In this document: in pieces, positions 9,480-17,240 of the stretch
Layout of the letters: each line of letters begins with the position of its first letter
Position numbering within the stretch: position 1 is the stretch's first letter
DNA from: Polynucleobacter parvulilacunae
Lineage (GTDB): Bacteria > Pseudomonadota > Gammaproteobacteria > Burkholderiales > Burkholderiaceae
Length of the DNA: 32,000 nucleotides
Assembly (NCBI RefSeq): GCF_018881715.1
Contig: NZ_JACVPW010000001.1
Location: 241,337 to 273,336 of the forward strand
Direction: 5' to 3'
The notes under the pieces: generated by a model
What the model was told of the DNA's origin: nothing
Seen by the model: the letters and a program-made list of their open reading frames with translations, nothing else
Databases searched by the model: none
Made by a program: the position numbers and the translations under genes

Positions 9480-9875
9480 TTAGAGCGGTTTGGGCGTTTC
9501 GCCTCTTAAGTAGTCCCGAAACATTTTTAAGTCTTGAGGCGATTTAGTGGTGATTGTGGGTCCTGTTGTAGCCGGCGACTTAGGTTGCAAAGGCGCAATC
9601 GTTTTAGCTTGAGCAACGGGCTTAGCTACTTTTTGCTGTGCAGCCTGTACTGGCCTAGCAACCGGGACAGGTATTGCTCTTTGCGGCAAACTCACCGCCT
9701 TGGGTTTAAGTGTCTTTGGGGCTTTGGGTGTCTTACTCTTGGGCTTACTGGCTTGCGCCGCCTTTTGTTTAGCCTGTGCGCTTGCTTGCTGGCTAATGGC
9801 ACTCCAGGTGTTATTCATAATGACTCGCAATAATCCTAGCTGATCTTCTGCATTGGCAATCTCATACATTCTCAT
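9480..9875 (-). CDS. hypothetical protein with a Lys/Pro/Ala/Gln-rich low-complexity centre
   Basis: 131-aa ORF with a good SD (GGAAAGGAGAAGGCC ATG). No domain is recognisable. Confidence 0.5.
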   Translation of the reverse strand: MRMYEIANAEDQLGLLRVIMNNTWSAISQQASAQAKQKAAQASKPKSKTPKAPKTLKPKAVSLPQRAIPVPVARPVQAAQQKVAKPVAQAKTIAPLQPKSPATTGPTITTKSPQDLKMFRDYLRGETPKPL

Positions 9876-9930
9876 GGCCTTCTCCTTTCCTTATATTTAT
9901 CGAATCGTCTAGGATTTAGACGATCCCCAC

Positions 9931-10080
9931 CTAAACTTCTGTCGGCAAATGCACCACATTGTTTGCACCATACTGCCCTTGCAATAGGAAATAAGCGGCT
10001 TGACTGTTATCGGCTACTACTTGAGTTTGTACTACCCAGCCCTGCGGCTGTATGCGTACATAGGCTACATATGTTTTCAT
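9931..10080 (-). CDS. possible small protein (49 aa), not in the ORF track
   Basis: Reads MKTYVAYVRIQPQGWVVQTQVVADNSQAAYFLLQGQYGANNVVHLPTEV. It fills the gap between two co-oriented genes. There is no further support. Confidence 0.25.
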   Translation of the reverse strand: MKTYVAYVRIQPQGWVVQTQVVADNSQAAYFLLQGQYGANNVVHLPTEV

Positions 10081-10136
10081 CTAATCTATCCATAGAAGAA
10101 GCACTAATACTATGATCAGTATTAGTGCTTGGCTGT

Positions 10137-10574
10137 TCACTTACCAAACCCAGCACGTACAGCGCCGCTAGCTTGCTCTATTTGGGTGTCTAACTCTCCC
10201 GCCTCCACCGCACCCTTAATGATCTCTAAGGCTTTGATAAGCTCATCTGCAGTAGCAACTTCAACAGCCGTTTTGCCTTTTGCAAACTCAATTACGCGAC
10301 TTCCATAGCGCACGTTTAAACAAACCTTGCCGTCACTAGACACAAACCACCACTGACGTACACGCTTTTGATGCTCTACGGTTTTACGTGACCCGTCATA
10401 GTCTTTCACTGATTTAAATTTCTTCACAGTAAAAGTATTGCCTTCGCGCTGGGCTTTAGCTAACTGGATCTGTTCCCATACTTTTGTAGAGAGCTTATTG
10501 CGTCGCTGCAAAATGGGTGGAATAGACGTTGGCTTTTTGGAATTAACCATTTTCAAACTGTTTAATGTGCTCAT
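10137..10574 (-). CDS. hypothetical protein (145 aa)
   Basis: ORF with SD (AGGAGAAATGAA ATG). It is basic at the N-terminus and I recognise no motif. Confidence 0.55.
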   Translation of the reverse strand: MSTLNSLKMVNSKKPTSIPPILQRRNKLSTKVWEQIQLAKAQREGNTFTVKKFKSVKDYDGSRKTVEHQKRVRQWWFVSSDGKVCLNVRYGSRVIEFAKGKTAVEVATADELIKALEIIKGAVEAGELDTQIEQASGAVRAGFGK

Positions 10575-10719
10575 TTCATTTCTCCTTTGTAGTTAATGGG
10601 CACACTTAATTTATGGTCAGAGTTTTTGGTTGGACAACCTCTTTTTGCCAATATCTGCCAGAACCAAAGGATTTATGCCAGATCTACTCTTCTTTTATTA
10701 GGTTTTGCTAAATACTTTC

Positions 10720-11103
10720 ATGAACTACAAGAAGAAACGATTAACTGACGCACAATTTAAGATTAATAACGATCAAAAATATGACTCGAAAATCACTGAT
10801 AACTTCTTAAGGGAGTGCGGACTAAACCCGCAAACCTTTACAACCATGGCAAAAGAGTTAGTTCAGGCTCGCTTAGCGGCAGTGGATTTACTCAAAAATT
10901 ACTCTAATTTTTTAAACAAACATCAAACCAAGGCACTCAATAAATTCAAAGGCAAAACCGCTAACAAAAAGAAATGCAATCAACTTAGCCCTACTTTGGC
11001 TTATCCAATACTAAATCTAGCTACCAAAATCAAAAGACAGGCTCATAAACAAGAACTGCAAGCAAGGCAAACTATTCAGGAACTAAGGTACAACCAACCT
11101 TAA
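10720..11103 (+). CDS. hypothetical basic protein
   Basis: The ORF track starts at a TTG at 10705. The first ATG in frame (MNYKKK) is at 10720. I recognise no motif. Confidence 0.4.
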   Translation: MNYKKKRLTDAQFKINNDQKYDSKITDNFLRECGLNPQTFTTMAKELVQARLAAVDLLKNYSNFLNKHQTKALNKFKGKTANKKKCNQLSPTLAYPILNLATKIKRQAHKQELQARQTIQELRYNQP

Positions 11104-11789
11104 CAAACAGGTACAAACGCGGGTTGTAATACGTCGGCTAATGAGCCCGCACTTGGCATAACTGCTCTAAAGGTTATGCGCTACAAGTAGGCCGCAGGAT
11201 TCCTAGGTTTTCTAGGTTTGAAGTTTTAATTCATCTGTCTTCAATAAATCTTTTTAGAGTCGTGTTGCTGGGGAATACTTAGTACCAATCTACACGTAGC
11301 GGCGGCTATAGTACTTTTATAGTGCTATAGCCGTCGTTTGACAGAAGAATCTATTGCCCAATCAGCTAAAAGACAAAATGTGTGAGCGAAAGCGAAACAC
11401 AGGACGAATGCAGTTCGTCCTTATATGTGCTCTAGCAATATGGGGTATAGACGCAAAATCACCACCATGAATCTGTAAGTACTTCATATAAATTTTCCGC
11501 AGCTCTATTTTTACAGGGCACAGGACCCATTCGGATATCAAATCATTCGTTTAAGCAGCGATCTACTTCACTCGCATACATGGGTAGTCGAGTGCTAAAT
11601 ATATGTGCTTATACGAAGGATTTAGCCGTGGCATTTAAGCCACGAAATGTAATAGAAGTATGAAACTATTACATTTAGAGCTAAGTCATTGATTAATGGA
11701 AAGATATTTGTAGGCAGATTTCGGTTGCTCAAACCAAACCTAAGAAAACATACTGTAGTTGCTTATTTATTACATTTTGGGAGCTACAT

Positions 11790-12356
11790 ATGTCACAAGC
11801 AAAAACATTAAACACAATAGAACTACGTAGAGTGCTAGATCACATCGCTACACGCAAGCATTCAGCCCGCAATCGATGTGCCCTGCTTTTAACTCATCTC
11901 TCGGGGATGCGTGTCGGCGAGGTTGCCGCCCTACGTATTTGTGACGTTTTAAACGACAGCGGAACGATTAAAGATGAAATCCGCTTAAAGCCAGAGCAAA
12001 CTAAAGGCAAATATGCCAGGACTGTTTATATCAATGCCCGTATGCAAAAAGAAATAGCTCAGTACATCAAGCTAATCCGCATTACAGATACCAATAAGCC
12101 CTTGTTCTACACCCAAAAACGAGCTGGGTTTTCAGCAAATACACTTACACAGTACTTTCACTTCTTATATAGACGAGCTGGACTTGAGGGTTGTAGCTCA
12201 CATTCGGGAAGAAGATCGTTCTTAACTTCGTTGGCGAATAAAGGTACAGCTATACATATATTGAAATCCCTCGCGGGACATCGCAACATTAGTACGACCG
12301 CTGGATATCTGTACTCCAGCCCAGATCAGATGAAAGCTGCCGTAGAGTTAGTTTAA
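11790..12356 (+). CDS. small tyrosine recombinase, catalytic domain only (188 aa)
   Basis: The catalytic set is complete: GMRVGE (Arg), TKGKYARTV (Lys), HSGRRSF (H-x-x-R), GHRNISTT (His), AGYLY (Tyr). There is no N-terminal core- or arm-binding domain. Its size resembles FimB/FimE-type invertases. Confidence 0.85.
   Translation: MSQAKTLNTIELRRVLDHIATRKHSARNRCALLLTHLSGMRVGEVAALRICDVLNDSGTIKDEIRLKPEQTKGKYARTVYINARMQKEIAQYIKLIRITDTNKPLFYTQKRAGFSANTLTQYFHFLYRRAGLEGCSSHSGRRSFLTSLANKGTAIHILKSLAGHRNISTTAGYLYSSPDQMKAAVELV
11942..11958. repeat. palindrome S4 (16/17) inside the small recombinase CDS
   Basis: TGACGTTTTAAACGACA, read in frame as C-D-V-L-N-D-S. Confidence 0.8.
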
Positions 12357-13130
12357 TAACTCCCTTGCTTCTGGAAGATAGTCGCTAGTGTCTGGAAATC
12401 TACCAACTGTTGCATTAGCGATTAACTTTTTTGTATTTTCTAGGCTATACATCAACGCACCATGCAACTTAGATCTATCGGCATCTGTCACTCTATTTGT
12501 TACCTCAGGGCTACCCAACAGCCCATGCTTCTGAGCAAACTGATAGGCAATAAAATCCTCTTCAACTGATTCGGTTTGATAATCAGAATAAATTTCAAGG
12601 TCTTTTTTAATAACCTCATATCCAAACTTTTGTCCCAGTTGGAATATCTTTGCATTGGCAGTAGTGTTATCAAAGATGCTAAATTTTCTACGCTCCTGGT
12701 AAGCCTCTTGCATTCTTAATACTTCATCAAACTGTCTTCTCAATATTTTGATATCCAAGTGCAATGGCACCTCGAGTAAAAGTGTTGGTGGCTCATTAGG
12801 ATCTTTGGACTGTTTTAATTTGTAATCCAAGGTAACTGGCTTAATTTCAGTAAAGGGAATTCTCTCCTTGAAAATTTTGTAGCCAGTAGCCTTCCACCAC
12901 TTCTCAAAAGTCAAGTTACTTAGATCACCAAACAGTTTAAAAGTATCGGCAATTGCCTGATTCTTGAACTCTTTAGTCTTCTGAGCTTCAACATACCAAG
13001 GCGATGCTTTAAGCACATCAAACCATGACTCATATATGGAGTGCTTGGCCTTAGAAGCCGCTACTTCAAGGCTAAAGCCGTAGATATCGTCTTCTACTGG
13101 AAAGCCTTTATAAAAGTGTAACTCGTCCAT
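12348..13130 (-). CDS. hypothetical protein (260 aa)
   Basis: Long ORF convergent with the small recombinase, with a 9-bp overlap at the 3' ends. I recognise no motif. Confidence 0.55.
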   Translation of the reverse strand: MDELHFYKGFPVEDDIYGFSLEVAASKAKHSIYESWFDVLKASPWYVEAQKTKEFKNQAIADTFKLFGDLSNLTFEKWWKATGYKIFKERIPFTEIKPVTLDYKLKQSKDPNEPPTLLLEVPLHLDIKILRRQFDEVLRMQEAYQERRKFSIFDNTTANAKIFQLGQKFGYEVIKKDLEIYSDYQTESVEEDFIAYQFAQKHGLLGSPEVTNRVTDADRSKLHGALMYSLENTKKLIANATVGRFPDTSDYLPEARELLN

Positions 13131-13274
13131 AAATCCCTTCAGAAATTGCTTATTGAGGCGAATTCTGAAGTCGATTGCCTTGAATAACCCACCTCAAAAA
13201 TTCGAAACTGTCGTTAGGCGATACAACCGCATTACAACTTTTTAATCCGTATCGCTACAACGAAAGGAAATAAC

Positions 13275-14078
13275 ATGGAAATTCTAGCAAACGAAGCAAT
13301 CGAAGTAAAAATTTCATCCATTGCATCTAATGATGACAATACGGTTGGTAATGCTGTAGAGCATAAGCCAGCTACTACATTGCATTATTCAGTAGCAGCA
13401 CTTAAGGATATGGAAGCAGCTCGCATTAACTGGGAGCAAGGCTCATTCCGCAAAAGCAATGAAGAGCTCTATGCAGTCTTGCAACAATGCAAAGCATTCT
13501 GTGGCGACTTACTACCAGCCGATGCAAAACAACGTTCAGCCGCTTTAGAGAAGTTCTACAAAGAGCGTGGCTGGCGCTACAACAAAGAAACACCGATCGA
13601 GACTCGCGTTCTTCGCGCTGTCTTTGGCATGGAAAACCGCCGTCGCGTGAGCAGCTACTCCTTGGTGCTACGTGAAGCAAAGAAACAACGTGTTGGTATT
13701 TCAAGCCTAGCGACATGGATTGAGGACCAAGGAGGCATCCAAGAGATTCGTCTTAGCCAAAGCAAGACGTTTATTTCGCCAGCTGAGAAAGCTGAAATTA
13801 TGAAAGAGCGTTTTGCTTCACGTAAGTTTTTTATTGGCTACGCTAAATCCGAGCTTCTCTCGCATTGTGCAGATGCAGAGTATATGGATGATGACTGCGT
13901 ACTACTAAGTAAGCAACTCTCAGATGGCTCGTTTGGCATCTACACAATCCTTCGCTCCTCAGGCGTTATGAACGCATCTTATGTTGCAGCTTATGCCAAA
14001 GCTGAGGAGATCGAAGCGCAAGCCAAGAAGGAAATTGAGGCTGCTAATGATGCGGATGGACAGCCTGTAGCGGCATAA
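13275..14078 (+). CDS. hypothetical protein (267 aa), possible DNA-binding protein
   Basis: ORF with SD (AAAGGAAATAAC ATG). The acidic C-terminus and a possible HTH near RVGISSLATWIEDQGG give only weak support. Confidence 0.55.
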   Translation: MEILANEAIEVKISSIASNDDNTVGNAVEHKPATTLHYSVAALKDMEAARINWEQGSFRKSNEELYAVLQQCKAFCGDLLPADAKQRSAALEKFYKERGWRYNKETPIETRVLRAVFGMENRRRVSSYSLVLREAKKQRVGISSLATWIEDQGGIQEIRLSQSKTFISPAEKAEIMKERFASRKFFIGYAKSELLSHCADAEYMDDDCVLLSKQLSDGSFGIYTILRSSGVMNASYVAAYAKAEEIEAQAKKEIEAANDADGQPVAA

Positions 14079-14085
14079 CCAACCT

Positions 14086-14111
14086 GGTGGCAACTGCTAC
14101 AGGTTGCCACC
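14086..14111 (+). other. GC-rich 9-bp stem-loop between two co-oriented genes
   Basis: GGTGGCAAC-tgctacag-GTTGCCACC with no T-tract. This argues that the next CDS starts at 14132 rather than 14087. Confidence 0.4.
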
Positions 14112-14131
14112 AACTATTACAAGGAAAAGAC

Positions 14132-14803
14132 ATGTTTAATGAAGATCAAATCAAGCCAAAAACTGTAAACGACTTTATTTACAGCAACAAAGAATCACGT
14201 TTACGTATAGAAGATGTCGTAACCGGTGCACAACCTTTGCCATATGCTGGCAAGAGTGGTGTTTTACTATACGGCGTCTATGGCACAGGCAAAACCACTC
14301 TAGCCAATATCTTGCCAAACGCAATTGAAGTAGGCACCACAGGCCATGTTCAGGCACTACCTGAGTACTACATTGGATGTCGCCAAGGTTTAAATGGGGT
14401 TCAAGTATCGCAAACGATCGATAAGATTCTTGCCACACAAGCACTAAATGCTAGCGGTAAGCACTACATCATTCTTGATGAGGTTGATGTACTTACAAAG
14501 CAAGCGCAGGAAAGCCTTAAGTCATCACTTAATACCACTCGTGGTGTATTTGTTTTAACGACCAACAGCGTATCTAAGTTAGACAAGGGCTTACTTGATC
14601 GTTGCGTACTCGTTGAGATGAATGCAGCTGATCCAGAAGCCTATCTACCACTAGCTCACAAGATCACTGCGGCTCATGATGTCGTTTTAAACGACGAAGA
14701 TCTAATCCCAACCATCAAAGGGGCCAATGGATCACTACGTAATGTCATTAATAACGTGGCTCGCCAAGCTCGTCGTTCTAAATCAACCCAATCAGCCATC
14801 TAA
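14132..14803 (+). CDS. AAA+ ATPase, clamp-loader (RFC/DnaX)-like
   Basis: Walker A GVYGTGKTT, Walker B ILDEVDVL, sensor-1 VFVLTTN, an SRC-like LLDRC motif and the GSLRNVINNV helix typical of clamp-loader small subunits. Start chosen at the ATG after SD AAGGAAAAG. Confidence 0.75.
   Translation: MFNEDQIKPKTVNDFIYSNKESRLRIEDVVTGAQPLPYAGKSGVLLYGVYGTGKTTLANILPNAIEVGTTGHVQALPEYYIGCRQGLNGVQVSQTIDKILATQALNASGKHYIILDEVDVLTKQAQESLKSSLNTTRGVFVLTTNSVSKLDKGLLDRCVLVEMNAADPEAYLPLAHKITAAHDVVLNDEDLIPTIKGANGSLRNVINNVARQARRSKSTQSAI
14680..14696. repeat. palindrome S5 (16/17) inside the AAA+ CDS
   Basis: TGTCGTTTTAAACGACG, read in frame as D-V-V-L-N-D-E. Confidence 0.8.
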
Positions 14804-14813
14804 GGAGAAAACC

Positions 14814-15110
14814 ATGCCATCACCACACACACGTAATACAGCCACTGCAACTGAGCATATTCAGGTTGCCAACGCTTACGCTATTCGCGTGGCCAATGCG
14901 AAGTACCGCTCAGCAACTATCAACGGCGTTTTGCAGCTTGCCAATGGCAAGAACTCATTCCACGTACTTGGACAAGAACTATGTGCCAAAGCAAAACTCG
15001 CCTGGTTTGATATGGAATTTAAGAATGGATTCCGCTCAATTAACTTGAGCGATGCACAAGTTCAAATTTTGCCTAATTACACAGGCGAAGTTATTTCTAA
15101 ATATGGTTGA
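14814..15110 (+). CDS. hypothetical protein (98 aa)
   Basis: ATG preceded by TAAGGAGAAAACC, 11 bp after the AAA+ stop codon, so probably in the same operon. Confidence 0.45.
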   Translation: MPSPHTRNTATATEHIQVANAYAIRVANAKYRSATINGVLQLANGKNSFHVLGQELCAKAKLAWFDMEFKNGFRSINLSDAQVQILPNYTGEVISKYG

Positions 15111-15120
15111 GGGAATGACC

Positions 15121-15462
15121 ATGAAAAATCAATCCAACGTTGAGCAAGATGCCAACTTTGAAAATCTTGTATTGGTTAAGGGTTTTGATCTATTTTTTGA
15201 TGGTATTTGCGAAGATGACCTTAAAAAAGTTGCTTTAGACCTTGGTGGCAATTCTAGCTTTGACTTTGAAAGCCAGAAGGCAACTTATATGTTTAGCAAA
15301 GCCATCTACATTAACTTAGATAAGATTCATGAAGGCCATCGCATTGCTGATGCTACAGGGAAATATTACTCCTGTATGTATGACTGTAATTATGTGGTAA
15401 GTGAGTTATATCTGAACGTGTCTGCAAAACAATTCAATTTACTTAAAAAAGGATGGTCTTGA
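15121..15462 (+). CDS. hypothetical protein (113 aa)
   Basis: ATG after GAGGGAATGACC (alternative ATG at 15115). It is the last gene before a strong terminator. Confidence 0.45.
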   Translation: MKNQSNVEQDANFENLVLVKGFDLFFDGICEDDLKKVALDLGGNSSFDFESQKATYMFSKAIYINLDKIHEGHRIADATGKYYSCMYDCNYVVSELYLNVSAKQFNLLKKGWS

Positions 15463-15477
15463 TTATGCGACTATCTT

Positions 15478-15509
15478 AGAAATACTCCACTTCACAATGG
15501 AGTATTTCT
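15478..15509 (+). terminator. stem-loop terminator of the plus-strand operon
   Basis: Perfect 12-bp stem AGAAATACTCCA / TGGAGTATTTCT with an 8-nt loop, followed by ATATAT. It ends 4 bp before the 97-bp element R6. Confidence 0.55.
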
Positions 15510-15512
15510 ATA

Positions 15513-15609
15513 TATCGTTTAAAACGACACTTCATTACACACTTACCAAACATTGCTCTAGCCTTTTGAATTTTCTACAGAAAATATTAGTGCGATCTAT
15601 TACCACTCC
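15513..15609 (+). repeat. 97-bp composite repeat R6 (includes palindrome S6, 15513..15529, A-centred)
   Basis: TATCGTTTAAAACGACACTTCATTACACAC - 38-nt variable middle - AAAATATTAGTGCGATCTATTACCACTCC. It has the same length and end blocks as R8 and R9. Confidence 0.85.
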
Positions 15610-15655
15610 GAGCAGGTTAATTCAAGATTCTGCCCAGTAACTAAAGATTCCAAGG

Positions 15656-16033
15656 CTAACGAGCTATCTTTGAAATTGCTGGCTTTGGTAAGCTACAAGC
15701 AGTCTTACCGATTAAATCTGCTCTAGAACTGCCACTTACCACCCAAGTCTGAGCCTCTTGCTCAAAATCCTTAATCTGAATTGAGCCTCCAAAGTCACCG
15801 CAAGTCGCAATAAATTGAGCCATGCTGTTCTTAATTCCATTATCAAAACCATAGACAACGCCCTGAACTACTTTTTTACCACTCCGAGATTTAATTTCAA
15901 TGGAGTCAGTTGACAGCGCAAGATCACCCACATCATCAATCATGATTAGGTCGGCCTTGACTGGAAATGAAAGTACAAATACCGCCAAAAAAATGGCTTG
16001 CTTAAACATATTAATCAAAGTCCCAAATTTCAT
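15656..16033 (-). CDS. secreted protein of unknown function, last gene of the efflux operon
   Basis: Carries a signal peptide (FLAVFVLSFPVKA). An alternative ATG at 16009 lies 1 nt after the OMF stop codon. Confidence 0.5.
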   Translation of the reverse strand: MKFGTLINMFKQAIFLAVFVLSFPVKADLIMIDDVGDLALSTDSIEIKSRSGKKVVQGVVYGFDNGIKNSMAQFIATCGDFGGSIQIKDFEQEAQTWVVSGSSRADLIGKTACSLPKPAISKIAR

Positions 16034-17240
16034 GAAGATCTAGGCGCATACGGTAGTAAGACTCCAGGGCATCCAAACGCATTAAATCAGCTGATAGCTG
16101 GTTCTCATTAGCAGCCTTTCTTGCGGCAATTAAGTCCGAAATAGTGCCTTCGCCTAGTACATAGGCCTTTTCAGCTGCCTGCGCCGCATCATTCTGGCTT
16201 TTTGCAGAACTCAACAATGTTTCTGCTGCCGCTTTTCTGCTCATCATCTGCGACCATAAGCGCTCAAACTCAACACTGATGCGTTGCTCTGTTTCGATCA
16301 CTCTTTGGCGACTAATTTCCGCTTCAGATGCTGCCGCAGAAGCATTAGAAAAACGAGCGCTACCGGATATTGGAAACGATAAACTGACGCCATTAATCCT
16401 TTCGGCACCACCAAACTCATTGGCGGTATATAGGCCAACCGTTGGATCCGGGAACCTGTCTAAGCTACTGCGTTTAGCTTGCAAATCAAATCGATCGGCA
16501 TCTGATTTGGCTAGCTTTAATTCATGACTGCGCTCTAGAAATTGTTGACGTAGTAATTCTTTCCTGGTTTGAAGATTAGGAATTGCATCCCATTTAAAGT
16601 TCTTGATTAATGCGATGCCTTGATATCTCTGCGTGACCGATTCACCGCTTGCGCTTTCTTGGGCCTTAGCTAGTTCCAAGAAGGCCTTGAGCCTACCTTG
16701 CTCCGCTGTTGCTAATTGAGCATCTAATCTAGCTACATCCCCAACCTTGTAGCGCACTTGGGCAATACGGCCAATCTGATCACCTAGTTGGCTATTTTTC
16801 TCGGCAACAATTCTTGATTGAAGCGCCTTTAGGTAAGCAAACCAGGTTGCTAATAAATCCTTGCTAGTTTCATGCATAGTATCGGCATACTCAATTCCAG
16901 CAAATGACTTGGTGGCATCAGAAATCCTCTCATCAACACCCCCTTTACCCCAAAAGCGAATTGGACGCTCAATGCCCGCCCAGTATTCTTGATAATTTGT
17001 GGCTCCCGGTATATTTGTTACCTTTCGACTTTGTCTAGAGCCCCTGACAACAAACTCTTGCGAACCCGAGGCGATGGCATCAGCCCTGTAATTTAAGGAG
17101 TCCTTTCTCGCATCCGCAGCTCCAATCTTAGGGTTGGAATACAGAGCATTTTTTACCTGGTCATCAGTTGGCAATAAATTATTAGCTAATGCTGAAGAAC
17201 AAACTCCAATAAATGCAGCAAATAGAATCAATTTTTTCAT
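16011..17240 (-). CDS. outer-membrane efflux factor (TolC/CzcC/CusC family)
   Basis: 409 aa with a signal peptide and the two-repeat coiled-coil pattern typical of OMFs. It shares a 4-bp ATGA overlap with the RND gene. Confidence 0.85.
   Translation of the reverse strand: MKKLILFAAFIGVCSSALANNLLPTDDQVKNALYSNPKIGAADARKDSLNYRADAIASGSQEFVVRGSRQSRKVTNIPGATNYQEYWAGIERPIRFWGKGGVDERISDATKSFAGIEYADTMHETSKDLLATWFAYLKALQSRIVAEKNSQLGDQIGRIAQVRYKVGDVARLDAQLATAEQGRLKAFLELAKAQESASGESVTQRYQGIALIKNFKWDAIPNLQTRKELLRQQFLERSHELKLAKSDADRFDLQAKRSSLDRFPDPTVGLYTANEFGGAERINGVSLSFPISGSARFSNASAAASEAEISRQRVIETEQRISVEFERLWSQMMSRKAAAETLLSSAKSQNDAAQAAEKAYVLGEGTISDLIAARKAANENQLSADLMRLDALESYYRMRLDLHEIWDFD

Noticed and set aside
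9067-9509. ORFs 9067..9399 and 9270..9509 downstream of the integrase
   Set aside because: They overlap each other in different frames, lack convincing SD sequences and encode very basic, low-complexity-looking products. The second also overlaps the convergent gene 9480..9875. I left the region uncalled. A small 46-aa ORF at 9371..9509, or a decayed gene, cannot be excluded.
13209-13225. TGTCGTTAGGCGATACA in the divergent promoter region 13131..13274
   Set aside because: It shares only the first 7 nt with the palindrome and has no matching right arm. This is likely coincidence.
14087-14131. N-terminal extensions proposed by the ORF track: 14087 for the AAA+ gene, 3738..3764 for the membrane protein, 25067..25114 for the Met-rich protein, 28904..28933 for the DUF3037-like gene, 14727..14813 and 15052..15120
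   Set aside because: The extensions overlap stem-loops, terminators or upstream genes, or use non-ATG starts. Internal ATGs with good SD sequences are available.
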